A model generated the notes under the pieces. That model was not told where the DNA came from. It did no database searches and worked only from the letters and a program-made list of their open reading frames with translations. From positions 480,001-544,000 of the forward strand of contig CAWKHF010000012.1 of the NCBI GenBank assembly GCA_963849325.1: a DNA stretch of 64,000 bases. Reading direction: 5' to 3'. Numbering within the stretch: position 1 is the first letter of the stretch; every line of letters starts with the position of its first letter. Source of the DNA: an uncultured Planctomycetota bacterium. GTDB taxonomy: Bacteria; Planctomycetota; Planctomycetia; Gemmatales; Gemmataceae. A program made the translations under genes and the position numbers. Shown here piece after piece: positions 34,973-45,054 of this stretch.

Positions 34973-36463
34973 TCAACGCAGCAGATCGCGTTCGACGCGC
35001 TCGATCAACTCGCGGACACGGATGCGGCGCTGGCCGAGGGCCAATTCGGCATCGGCGACACACCACTGGCGGACCTTCTTCTCGGCGGCGACGGCCGTGC
35101 TGTGATTGCGGCCGCCGAAGTGCTTGCCGATCTCGCTGTACGACGCGGCGGTGTGCTTGCGCGACAGGAACATCGCCACCATGCGCGGATGGCTCACCGC
35201 CCAGGCCCGGCCCTTCGACTGGAGTACGCCGTTGTCCAGCCGCAGAACACCGCAAACCGCCCGGTCCACATCGGCCAGTTGCACGACGCGCACGGCGTGG
35301 CGCAGCAGGTCGGCCAGCGCCTCGCGCACCAGAGCGACGTCCACCGGACGGCCCGTTACCCGGCTGTAATGGCGGACGCTGTGCAGGGCGCCCTCCAGTT
35401 CGCGGACGTTGCCGCGCAACTGATTCGCCAGGAAGCGCAGCACCTCGTCGGGCAGCGGCTTCTCGCCTTGATGCGGCGCCTTGCCGCGCAGGATCTCCAG
35501 GCGCGTGGCGGCGTCGGGCGGCGTCAGACCCCAGACCACGCCGCCAAGCAAACGGTCGGTCAGCTCCGGCGTGAAGTCGTCGGCCAGGCGCGGGTGACAA
35601 TCGCATGTCAGCACCATCTGCCGCCCGTCCGCCTGCAGGGCGTCGAAGGTGTGCAGAAACTCTTCCTGCGTGGCCCGCTTGCTGGCCAGGAAATGCAGGT
35701 CGTCCATCAGCAGGGCATCGCACTCGCGGAATTGCTTGCGAAAGCCGGTCAACTTGTTCAGCCGCATCGCCTGCACGAAGCGATTGGTGAAGTCCTCGCT
35801 GGTCAGGTAGAGGACGCGCCAGTCGGAATGCGCCCGGCGCAGACCGGCGTAGACGCCCTCCAGCAGGTGCGTCTTGCCGGTGCCGACCGGGCCGTGCAGG
35901 ACGATGGGATTGGCCCCTTCGCCCGGCGCCTCGATGACGCTCTGGGCCGCCGCGTAGGCGACGCGGTTGCACGCTCCGACCACGAAATCGCTGAGCCGAT
36001 GCCAGCGCCGCGCCCGCCGGGGAGACGGGCGGCCCTCTTCCGCCGGCGTCTTGCTCTTCGTCTGCGGAGTCTCGGCAGTCTTGGTCCGCGTCCTGGCGGC
36101 GGTCTGTTTCGGTCGTTCTGCCGCTTGAGGGTCCAGAGGCTCGGCCGTCGGCTGTTGCTCTTGCCGCGCCTGGCGGGCCTCGTCTTGCTCGCGCCGCGCC
36201 GCCTGGAACAGTTCCGGGTCGATGACGAAACGGACCTGCATGGAACGGCCAAAGACTTCTTGCGCGGCGGCGGCGGTCGCCGCTCCGAAGTTCTTCTCCA
36301 CCCACTCGCCGAAATGCCGGTTGGGAACGCCAACCGTCAGCTGATCGTCGTCCCAGTGGAAGCGCGTCCGACCCGCGAACCACAGTTGGTAGCGCGGTTC
36401 GCCAATGCGCCGGACGATCTCGTGTTCCAGCGCCTGCACCACTTCGCGTTCTCGGACAGTCAC
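34973..36463 (-). CDS. dnaA: Chromosomal replication initiator DnaA
   Basis: Motifs FVVGACN, GPVGTGKTHLL, DDLHFL, TQEEFLHTF, NVRELEGAL and FGGRNHSTA. Confidence 0.93.
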   Translation of the reverse strand: MTVREREVVQALEHEIVRRIGEPRYQLWFAGRTRFHWDDDQLTVGVPNRHFGEWVEKNFGAATAAAAQEVFGRSMQVRFVIDPELFQAARREQDEARQARQEQQPTAEPLDPQAAERPKQTAARTRTKTAETPQTKSKTPAEEGRPSPRRARRWHRLSDFVVGACNRVAYAAAQSVIEAPGEGANPIVLHGPVGTGKTHLLEGVYAGLRRAHSDWRVLYLTSEDFTNRFVQAMRLNKLTGFRKQFRECDALLMDDLHFLASKRATQEEFLHTFDALQADGRQMVLTCDCHPRLADDFTPELTDRLLGGVVWGLTPPDAATRLEILRGKAPHQGEKPLPDEVLRFLANQLRGNVRELEGALHSVRHYSRVTGRPVDVALVREALADLLRHAVRVVQLADVDRAVCGVLRLDNGVLQSKGRAWAVSHPRMVAMFLSRKHTAASYSEIGKHFGGRNHSTAVAAEKKVRQWCVADAELALGQRRIRVRELIERVERDLLR

Positions 36464-36714
36464 GGGTTTCCCCTCGGCGCGCAGTCGGTCTGCGAAGGTG
36501 GGTCGGTCTTCGGCTCGGAAGAGAGAAAAGGCCCGCGGACAGGGCGGATACCTGTTCCGGTAGGGTCATACGCTGGGACGGGCAATTCTAGACTGTGGAA
36601 GGCGATTCGCCAACGCCGATCCACTCCTTTTTGTCCTCCGCCGCCGGGACGGGCGCGCCATTGTCGGCACGGTGAGCAGACTGCGCTCGCCGGGTGGAAC
36701 CGCCCGGCTTTTCT

Positions 36715-36867
36715 CCCCTCTCCCCCGCTTCGGGGGAGAGGGGTAGGGGGTGAGGGGGCGGCTCCCCCCTCACCCCCTACCCCTCTCCCCCGCTTCGGGG
36801 GAGAGGGGCATCGGGAAGCCGTTCGGGGAAGTTGGTAGTGCCCTCTCCCCCGAAGCGGGGGAGAGGG
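36715..36867. repeat. CCCCTCTCCCCCGCTTCGGGGGAGAGGGG ('PLPRSGGEG') hairpin repeat cluster
   Basis: Three hairpin units; the same family occurs at 49850-49961. Confidence 0.88.
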
Positions 36868-37781
36868 GGGACCGCACCTCCGTGCCAGACCGCCAGGTAA
36901 ACGAGGCGCTGCTCGAACGGCTCGAAACCCAGACCGCGATAGAGATACCACGCCGGCTGATTGCGGGCATCGACGGACAGCGCGACGGAAGGCACCTCGG
37001 CGGCGCGGGCCTCGCAAAGGACGTGCAACAACATCTCGCGGCCGAAGCCGCGCCGCCGCGCCTCCGGCACCACGCCCATGTAAGCTACCTCCCAGTCGCC
37101 GCTCTCCGGCATCTCGGTCGCGATCAGCACGCCGACCGGCCGGCCCGCGTCGAGGGCCAGCCACCAGCGCTGGGGATCGAACACACCCTGGGCGCGATGG
37201 CCTTGCAGCACTTCCTCAATGGTGCGGACGCCGTTGACCTCCGGGCAATCGCGCGAGTCCTCGTAGGTTCGCGTCAGGGTCTGCCGGAACAGGGGGCCGT
37301 TGTCGAAAGCCTGATAATCCAGGCGGGCGGGAGTGTTCAGGCAGTCGAGAGGGAGGTTCAGGTCGTGGCGCATGTACCACAGGCGCGTGACGGCGGCGAA
37401 GCCGTTGCGTTCGAGCGGTTCGGCGAGGGGCGCTTCGTCCGGGGCGAGCAGAGCCTGAGCGAGCTTGACGCCGCGCCCGCGCAGCCAGGCGATCGCCTGA
37501 CGTACCAACTCGTCCTCCAACGCGGTCGGCCGATCGCCCACGACAGCCGGCGGCCAGATGAGGGCGCTGCAGCCGGGGACCGGCAGACACACGAGGGCGC
37601 CGCGCAGACCGGCCGCGGCGCGGACGACGAAGATACCGCGCGGATCGAGTTCGCCGCGCTCCAGCAGGTGCAGGGCGTTAGCGCAGCGCCGCTCGCTCTC
37701 CTCGGGACCGAGGTGGTGGAAGATCAGGCGGAAGGCCGCTGCCCAATCCTCGGTTCGTGCGGGTTCCGGCGCGGTGTCCAT
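36777..37781 (-). CDS. GNAT family N-acetyltransferase (two-domain)
   Basis: Motifs YMGVVPEARRRGFG, VDARNQPA and LYRGLGF; the C-terminus runs into the repeat. Confidence 0.85.
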   Translation of the reverse strand: MDTAPEPARTEDWAAAFRLIFHHLGPEESERRCANALHLLERGELDPRGIFVVRAAAGLRGALVCLPVPGCSALIWPPAVVGDRPTALEDELVRQAIAWLRGRGVKLAQALLAPDEAPLAEPLERNGFAAVTRLWYMRHDLNLPLDCLNTPARLDYQAFDNGPLFRQTLTRTYEDSRDCPEVNGVRTIEEVLQGHRAQGVFDPQRWWLALDAGRPVGVLIATEMPESGDWEVAYMGVVPEARRRGFGREMLLHVLCEARAAEVPSVALSVDARNQPAWYLYRGLGFEPFEQRLVYLAVWHGGAVPPLPRFGGEGTTNFPERLPDAPLPRSGGEG

Positions 37782-37920
37782 CGGCTCATTCCGGGGGCGG
37801 GCGATGCGTTTGATTATAAGAGATCCCGCGCCGCGACGGCTGGAGAAACGAACAGGCCCCGGCGCGGGTCCGGGGTCTGTCGTGACGGGGTGAGGGAAAC
37901 TTGTCGTGTTCGGGGCGGTC

Positions 37921-38385
37921 TCACGGCGCGCCGCCGGCGCAGCCGTTGCACCCCTTGCAGCCGTGTACGCAAGGCGGGTTGGGGAAGGTCGGATGCACAC
38001 CGGTGCCCTCCGTGCAGGGGGGATTTAGCTGGAACAGGTAAAGGGGGACCATACCCTTGTAGTGACAGCTATTGCAGCCGTTATGCAAGCCGATGCGTTC
38101 CTTGGGGCAGTAGGTGGCCCAGGCGATCAGCCGATGCAGGCATGAGCCTTTGTCGTGGGCTGGCTCTCCGCCACAGCCCGAACAGGCGGCATAAGGACTG
38201 GGAGGGGCCACAACCCCGGCGGCTTCCGTCGTGCCCGCCTCCGATGGCGCCGTGTTCGGCGCCGTCTCCGTGACGGCGGCTTCAGCCGGCATTGGGATCG
38301 CCGCCATCGCTTCCTGGGCCGCATGGACCCGCGAAGCGCCGGCCGTCAGAACCAGGGCCAGGAGAGTGATCGGGATCTGCTTCAT
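37921..38385 (-). CDS. Small secreted Cys-rich protein
   Basis: Signal peptide MKQIPITLLAL; multiple CxxC motifs. Confidence 0.7.
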   Translation of the reverse strand: MKQIPITLLALVLTAGASRVHAAQEAMAAIPMPAEAAVTETAPNTAPSEAGTTEAAGVVAPPSPYAACSGCGGEPAHDKGSCLHRLIAWATYCPKERIGLHNGCNSCHYKGMVPLYLFQLNPPCTEGTGVHPTFPNPPCVHGCKGCNGCAGGAP

Positions 38386-38640
38386 GGTCTGCCTCCCTGC
38401 CTTCCCTTGCGACTGTCGCGTTGTTGCCATCCTAGGATTCGGCAAACGGCAAGCGGCGAAGCGAGCGGAATCGGCGAACGGGGAGAGAATGCGCCGGACA
38501 GGCTGGCTTATCAGGGAGAGATTACCTCGTCGCCCTGGTTTATCGCGGGCAACAGACGCGGAGCCGCGACCGTCAGGGAGCGCGTTCCCCCGCATCGTGG
38601 CCGCACCCCACGGAGTCGAAGCCGACGGCGGTCGAAGCGG

Positions 38641-41156
38641 TCACGGCGCGACCGAGGCTCGCTTGGCCAGGCGCCCCACAGCCGCCTTGGCCTCTTGCGT
38701 CAGCCGCGTCTCGGCAGACCCCGCGGCGAGCTTGTCGAGCAGTCGCCGTGCCTCCGCGTTCCCGATGACTTCCAGCGTTTCCACCGCCCGTATCTGGCGA
38801 ACCGTCTCCGCCGAGGGATGGGCGCCGTCCAGCCGATCCAGCAGCGCATGCAGTCGCCGCCTCACCTCCAGGGACGGCTTGCCGGCCAGCGCCTTTCGCA
38901 GCGCGGGCGCGGCGCGCTCCGCCAGCGCCTCCAGTTCCCTGGTCGCCTGCTCGCGGACCTCGAACCGCTCGCCGTCCAGGTCCGCGATGAGGCGCTCGAT
39001 CCGCTTGGTATCCACGGGCTTGGTGCTCTGAAATTGCTTTCCCAGGAACGCGACCGCGCGCCCGGGGGATGAAACCAGCCGGCCCAACGCGGCGTATCCC
39101 GTCGCCGCGTCCCCGGCGAGATCCCTCCAGTCCGCTTCGAGGTCCGCGGACGAGCGCTCGGCCGGTTCGCGCCGCCGTCCTGTGATCCGGCTCACGTCCC
39201 AAAGGTGTGCGGTCTGGTCCAGCCCGCCGGAGACGAGCGTGCGGCCATCGGGGGAGAAGGCGACGGCCAGCACCCAGCCGCCTTGGGACGGATCGACCTT
39301 CTTGCCGAAACGGCCGACCTCCTTGGCGGAGGGCAGGTCCCACAGGCGCACCGTGCCGTCCATGCCCCCCGAGGCCAGGGTCCGGCCGTCGGGAGAGAAG
39401 GCCACCCCGCAGACTTCACGGGTATGCCCGGTCAGCGTGACGCGCTGCCCGCCCGTCGCCGTTTCCCGCAAGGAACTGGACAGGGCGAGGGTTCGGCCGT
39501 CCGGCGAGATGGCGAATTGATGTCCTCCCCACCCTCCTCCCAGGTCCGTTGGCCGCTCCTTCCCGGTCGCTAGGTCCCAGGCGCGGACTTGTGCCGGATC
39601 CAGTCCAAGCCGCGTTTTCCCCCCTCCCAGCGGGGGTCGAGGAATACCTACGCGGGAGAAAAGCGTTTGGCCATCCGGCGAAAAGGTCAGCAAGTCAACG
39701 CGGGAATAGCCCGTGTGGATTTGGCGAACCAACTTTCCGCTGGCCAACTCGTAGAGTCGGATGTCGATCCGGTTGGGTTCGGTCGTCCCCCATCCGCCGC
39801 AGGCGATATGCTTGCCGTCCGGCGCGATCGCCGCAACGTATTCGCCCTGGAATGCGCGCACTCGTTCCCCGCCGCGGCGATCCCAGACGATCACGCCTGA
39901 CTCATTCGGCATTGCTTGCTGTGCGGTCACAATGAACGCCTTGTCGGGGGAGAACAGGACCTGGGAGAGTTTGGCGGGGTGGGAATCTCGCGTATCCGGC
40001 ACGTCCAAGCGGCGCACTTTCTTGCCCGTCTTCGCATCCCACAGCCGAGCCGTGCCGTCCCAGGCGGCCGTGGCGATCCAGCGGCCGTCGGGAGAGTACG
40101 CGACCGACGTCACGCGCTCCTTGTGGCCCGTCAGCGAGCGTATCGGCCGGCCCCTGTCCGCCCCGACCTTCACACCCGCGTCCGCACCGGGTCTCGGTCC
40201 CTCTTGCAGGGCGGGTTGCTCAACAACTCCAGCCGCATCGGCGCACGGTAGCTCCCGCACGACCAGGGTAAGGCCCGCGCCACTACCGGCGAGCGCGAGG
40301 AAAAGTATGGCGGCGATTTGGAGTTTCTTGAAGACCATCGCTTTCACCATGCCTTCGGTTAGAGCGGCGACATTGGGCGAGAGGACGGAGGCCGCCGCGC
40401 CCCCTGCCGCAACGGCCGTCGCGGCCTTGACGGTGGCAACGAGCAGCGGGGGGGAAAGACACGCCATCGCGGTCGCCGCCGGCCAGGCCCCCAGCATCAG
40501 CACCGCTCCGGGATTCAGGCCGCGGCGTACGAGCCGAGCCCGCAGAGCGCCCGGCCGCGTTCCAGGCGTCCCTTGAGCGTCCCCTTCGCCAACCCCAGCT
40601 GGACGGCCGCCTCGTCTTGCGTCTTGCCTTCCAGGTAGCAAAGCACCAGCGCGGTCCGATGCCGCTCGAGGAGTCGATCCAGTTCCTCGTGAACGATTTG
40701 CCGGACCTCGCGCCACATCAACTCGTCCGAGTCCGCGGTGGTGCTTCGCCGCGGCGCACGCGCTTCGTGCCTCTGCCGCCGGGCGGAGTCGGCCCGCGCC
40801 TTGAGGGCCGTCCGGTAGGCGACGCCGTGCAAGAAGCTGGCCAGCGACGTGGCCTTGCGTATCGACTCCGCCTTGCGGGCGAGGAGGAGGAAGGTAGCCT
40901 GGAAGGCGTCCTCGGCGTCGGCCTCGTTGACGAGCACGCCCCGGCAGACGTCGAGGACCATCGGGCCGTGCCGCCGCAGGAGGGCGTCGAACGCCGTCTC
41001 GTCCCGCTCGCCGAGGAACCGCCGGAGCAGCTCCTGGTCGGGGGAGTCCTTTACCCGCGGATCGCTGTAGACCCGGCGGATGAACTGCAGAATCGGGCTG
41101 GACGTTGTCTTGGCCACGCGGGGACTCCGGCTCAGATCAGATACACGAGCCTCCAT
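38641..41156 (-). CDS. ECF sigma factor with TM helix and WD40-repeat extension (frameshift near 40555)
   Basis: Motifs DAEDAFQATFL and LVLCYLEGKTQDEAA; WD40 repeats GH...VAFSPDG...LWD. Confidence 0.88.
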
Positions 41157-41357
41157 CTAATAGTTCCACGAAGGCAGGCAGCAAGCCTAACTTTTTCCGA
41201 GCAGGCCTCTTGGACACACTCTTGAGGTCATGGATTCAGGATGGCAGCCTCGACGACGAGCCGCTGCCCCAGCATTTCGCGTGAACGGTTACCCCATCTT
41301 TTACCTATAACAGCACAGTTCGTCTCGCATCGCGCTCTGTCTGACCGAGGAGGTCCC

Positions 41358-43385
41358 GTGGCGAAACGCTGTTTGCCGGCCCTTTGTATCCTGGTATTCG
41401 CGGTCCTGCTTCACGCCGACGGCCCGGGCGACAACCTGCCCGACAAGGTCCGTCCCGTGCCGCCGTCCGGCATCCGGGTCGCCGATGCCGACCGCACCGA
41501 ACTGCAAGCGGGCGTCGATGCGCTCGGCAAGGACATCGAGCGTCTGCGCCAGGACCTCCAATCGAAGCCAGCGTTACGGGAACTACTGCCGGACGTGCAG
41601 ATCTTCCACAATGCTGTCCGCTACGCTCTGACCTACGATGAGTTCTACGCGCCCGGTGAGCTGAAGGTTGCCCGCAAACTGCTCAATCAAGGCAGCGAAC
41701 GCGCCGAGCAGCTGCGCGCCGGCAAGACGCCGTGGACGACGGCGACCGGCCTGGTGGTGCGCGGCTACCGCTCGAAGATCGACGGCTCGGTGCAGCCTTA
41801 TGGTCTGGTCGTGCCGGTCTCGTATCAGCCGAACAGCGCCTACGAGCACCGCCTGGACATCTGGTGCCACGGCCGCGGCGAGAAGCTGACCGAGCTGTCG
41901 TTTCTCAACGGCCGCCAGTCGTCGCCCGGCGAGTTCACACCGAAGAACGCCTTCGTGTTGCACCTGTACGGCCGCTACTGCAACGCCAACAAGTTCGCCG
42001 GCGAGATCGATTGTCTGGAAGCGTTGGCCCACGTCCGCAAGCACTATCCCATCGATGAGAACCGAGTGGTCATGCGCGGCTTTTCGATGGGCGGGGCGGC
42101 GTGCTGGCAGTTCGCCGTCCACTACGCCGGCTTGTGGGCCGCCGCCGCGCCGGGCGCCGGCTTCAGCGAGACCGCCGACTTCTTGAAGGTCTTCCAGGAC
42201 GAGAAGGTGCAACCGGCCTGGTATGAGAAAAAGCTCTGGCACTGGTACGACTGCACCGATTACGCGGCCAATCTCTTCAACTGTCCCGTCGTCGCCTACA
42301 GCGGCGAGATCGATCGCCAGAAGCAAGCCGCCGACCGGATGGCCGAGGCCATGAAGAAGGAGGGGCTGACGCTCACCCACCTGATCGGCCCGAAAACGGG
42401 CCACAAGTACGAGCCGAAGACGCGCGACGAGCTGAACCGGCGCATCGACAGCATTGTCAAGCACGGCCGCGACTCGGTGCCGACACACGTACTGTTCACC
42501 ACCTGGACGCTACGCTATCACGAAATGCTGTGGGTGCGGATCGAGGGCCTGGAGCAGCATTGGTCGCGGGCCGACGTAGATGCCGTGGTCAGCTCGGACG
42601 GCATGAACGTCGAGACCAAGAACGTGTCGGCGCTGACGCTGTCCTTCGAGCCGGGCGCCTGCCCGCTGGAGTCGTTGGAGAAACCGAAGGTCGTCCTCGA
42701 TGACGAAGAGATCAAGGACGTGGCTCCCGTGCTATCGGATCGCTCGTGGACGGCGCACTTTCGCAAGAAAGGCAAGTCCTGGGAGGCGGTGGAGAAGATC
42801 GACGACGGCGCGCTGCGCAAGCGCCCTGGCCTGCAAGGTCCGATCGATGACGCCTTCCTCGACAGCTTCCTGATGGTCCGTCCGACCGGCAAGCCGCTTA
42901 ACGAGAAGGTCGGCGCCTGGGCTTCGGCCGAGATGAAGCACGCGGTCGAGCACTGGCGCAGGCAGTTTCGCGGCGAGGCGCGCATCAAGGACGACACCGC
43001 TATCACGGACGCCGACATCGCGGAGCACAACCTCGTCCTGTGGGGCGATCCCGGCAGCAACAAGGTACTGGCTCGCATCGCGGAGAAACTGCCGCTGCGC
43101 TGGGACTCTCGGCAGGTGCGGCTGGGCAAGGAGACGTACTCCGCCGAGCATCACGTGCCGGTGCTGATCTATCCCAATCCGCTGAATCCGAAGCGTTACG
43201 TCGTGCTCAACAGCGGCTTCACGTTCCGCGAGTACGACTATCTGAACAACGCGCGGCAGGTGCCGAAGCTACCGGACTTCGCGGTGATCGACATGCGTAC
43301 GCCGCCGTCCTCGCGGCTGCCGGGCAAGGTGGCGACGGCGGGGTTCTTCGATGAGGAGTGGAAGCTGCCGGAAAAGAACGAGTAG
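41358..43385 (+). CDS. Secreted alpha/beta hydrolase (prolyl oligopeptidase/esterase-like)
   Basis: GAGGAGG RBS plus GTG start; nucleophile motif GFSMGG; HGRG. Confidence 0.8.
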   Translation: MAKRCLPALCILVFAVLLHADGPGDNLPDKVRPVPPSGIRVADADRTELQAGVDALGKDIERLRQDLQSKPALRELLPDVQIFHNAVRYALTYDEFYAPGELKVARKLLNQGSERAEQLRAGKTPWTTATGLVVRGYRSKIDGSVQPYGLVVPVSYQPNSAYEHRLDIWCHGRGEKLTELSFLNGRQSSPGEFTPKNAFVLHLYGRYCNANKFAGEIDCLEALAHVRKHYPIDENRVVMRGFSMGGAACWQFAVHYAGLWAAAAPGAGFSETADFLKVFQDEKVQPAWYEKKLWHWYDCTDYAANLFNCPVVAYSGEIDRQKQAADRMAEAMKKEGLTLTHLIGPKTGHKYEPKTRDELNRRIDSIVKHGRDSVPTHVLFTTWTLRYHEMLWVRIEGLEQHWSRADVDAVVSSDGMNVETKNVSALTLSFEPGACPLESLEKPKVVLDDEEIKDVAPVLSDRSWTAHFRKKGKSWEAVEKIDDGALRKRPGLQGPIDDAFLDSFLMVRPTGKPLNEKVGAWASAEMKHAVEHWRRQFRGEARIKDDTAITDADIAEHNLVLWGDPGSNKVLARIAEKLPLRWDSRQVRLGKETYSAEHHVPVLIYPNPLNPKRYVVLNSGFTFREYDYLNNARQVPKLPDFAVIDMRTPPSSRLPGKVATAGFFDEEWKLPEKNE

Positions 43386-43453
43386 CATCCGGACTGCGGG
43401 CGAGCGGAAATCGACCAGGTTCCTCACCAATTACCGGCACACACGGGACGGCG

Positions 43454-44038
43454 ATGAGTGCATTTCCGAATAACGGCGCCGCTCTCTCTGGCGCGATCCT
43501 TGCCGATCCTCCCTGGCGGTTCACCAACCGCACCGGCAAGATGGCACCGGAACATCGTCGCTTGCGACGCTATCGGACAATGAGCCTGGAGGACATCCTT
43601 GCTCTACCCGTCGAGTCGTTGGCGAAACCGAAAAGTCACCTCTACTTATGGGTTCCGAATGCGTTGCTAGCTGAAGGACTAGCAGTGATGAAGGCCTGGG
43701 GTTTTACCTATAAAACGAATCTTATTTGGTATAAAATCCGCAAGGACGGCGGCCCGGACGGCCGGGGCGTCGGGTTTTATTTTCGCAACGTGACCGAAAT
43801 GCTGCTCTTCGGAGTTCGGGGTAGCTTGCGCACGCTCTCGCCTGGTCGAAGACAGGTCAACATCCTCTTGGCGAAAAAGCAGCGGCACTCGCGCAAGCCG
43901 GATGGGTTTTACGACCTCATCGAAGCCTGCAGTCCCGGTCCCTACCTGGAACTGTTCGCTCGCTTCTCACGGCCCAACTGGACCCAGTGGGGGGATGAGT
44001 TAGGAAAGGCGCCTTGCCAACAGTTCCTTGCTTTCTGA
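43454..44038 (+). CDS. MT-A70 family adenine methyltransferase
   Basis: Motifs ADPPW, LYLWVPN, RNVTE, HSRKP and LELFAR. Confidence 0.9.
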   Translation: MSAFPNNGAALSGAILADPPWRFTNRTGKMAPEHRRLRRYRTMSLEDILALPVESLAKPKSHLYLWVPNALLAEGLAVMKAWGFTYKTNLIWYKIRKDGGPDGRGVGFYFRNVTEMLLFGVRGSLRTLSPGRRQVNILLAKKQRHSRKPDGFYDLIEACSPGPYLELFARFSRPNWTQWGDELGKAPCQQFLAF

Positions 44039-44133
44039 CCTTGGGTGATGTCCACTTCGTTGAAAGGTTCATTCTCGAAGCAAGAGCAAGGCGGAATGTA
44101 CCACACTGGACGACCGGAGCGTGCCTGGAGCAT

Positions 44134-45054
44134 TCAGCCGCTCAGTTCGAGTAATCGTTCCAGTTCCGCCACAATTGCCAGGGCGGCTTGTGCCTTCGGA
44201 GAGGGGAGATCGGTCGCCTCCCGAACTCGTTGCCTCAGCCGCTCGAGGGCCGTGCGAGCCTGCTCATCGGTGGTGCTTTCCTGAAATGCCTTCAGAAACT
44301 GGCGCCAGAAGATCATCTTGATCCCGCACAACGGAATATCGTTGAGTTTCCCCATGTAGACGTCCATCATGCCTGTCCTCGCCAGGCGGCCGAAGTTGTT
44401 GCCGCCATCGTAACGCGGCCGGTCGCCGATAGGGTCGGTTTTGGAAGGATAAGGGCCGATCCCAGTCGGGAGATCAATGTGCGTATCGTGCGTCGTTTGC
44501 CGAAGGTGTTGCCAGTGGTAGTTACGGTATTCGGCGGCATATCGGGCCGACTCAAGGAATGGCTCGAACAAAATAGGCGAACCACTGATAACATTTCCCA
44601 GCACCCAGGGAACGACCACGATCAAGTCTTGCTTGGCGCAGGCCGCCGCCGTCGTCTGAAATCGCAAGCTGGGTTCTGCCTCTTTCGCTAGTAGATACCA
44701 CCCTTTCAACTCCAACCCCATGATGGTATCGTCGCCGGTCGCTTTTCTCAGCCGAACATCGGGAAAAGTCTGAGGTTGACGCACAAAACTGTAAAGGGCG
44801 TATCTGCCCTCTGGATCCCAAGTGGTACGGATCAAGTTGAGGGTGCGAACGACTTGCTCCTCGATGGTAGCTCCCAGGACCGTGTTCAAAGTATGAAGGT
44901 CCGTTGCCATGACGCCGGCTATGTGTGTCTCGGTGCGGAAGTACACCGGAATCGTCGCGATGGCCTCGCGGACACTTTTATAAAGGGCCGCATGTTCCCA
45001 GGAGGGGGCCGGCAACTCGCGCACAGGAGCGGGAGGGAGAGGAGCATTCGTCAC
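44134..45054 (-). CDS. Putative PD-(D/E)xK restriction endonuclease
   Basis: FPDVRL...GLELKGW motif; the GTG start overlaps the methylase stop (GTGA). Confidence 0.6.
   Translation of the reverse strand: MTNAPLPPAPVRELPAPSWEHAALYKSVREAIATIPVYFRTETHIAGVMATDLHTLNTVLGATIEEQVVRTLNLIRTTWDPEGRYALYSFVRQPQTFPDVRLRKATGDDTIMGLELKGWYLLAKEAEPSLRFQTTAAACAKQDLIVVVPWVLGNVISGSPILFEPFLESARYAAEYRNYHWQHLRQTTHDTHIDLPTGIGPYPSKTDPIGDRPRYDGGNNFGRLARTGMMDVYMGKLNDIPLCGIKMIFWRQFLKAFQESTTDEQARTALERLRQRVREATDLPSPKAQAALAIVAELERLLELSG

Noticed and set aside
36464-36780. oriC upstream of dnaA
   Set aside because: No clustered TTATCCACA-like boxes and no AT-rich unwinding element are visible on either side of dnaA.
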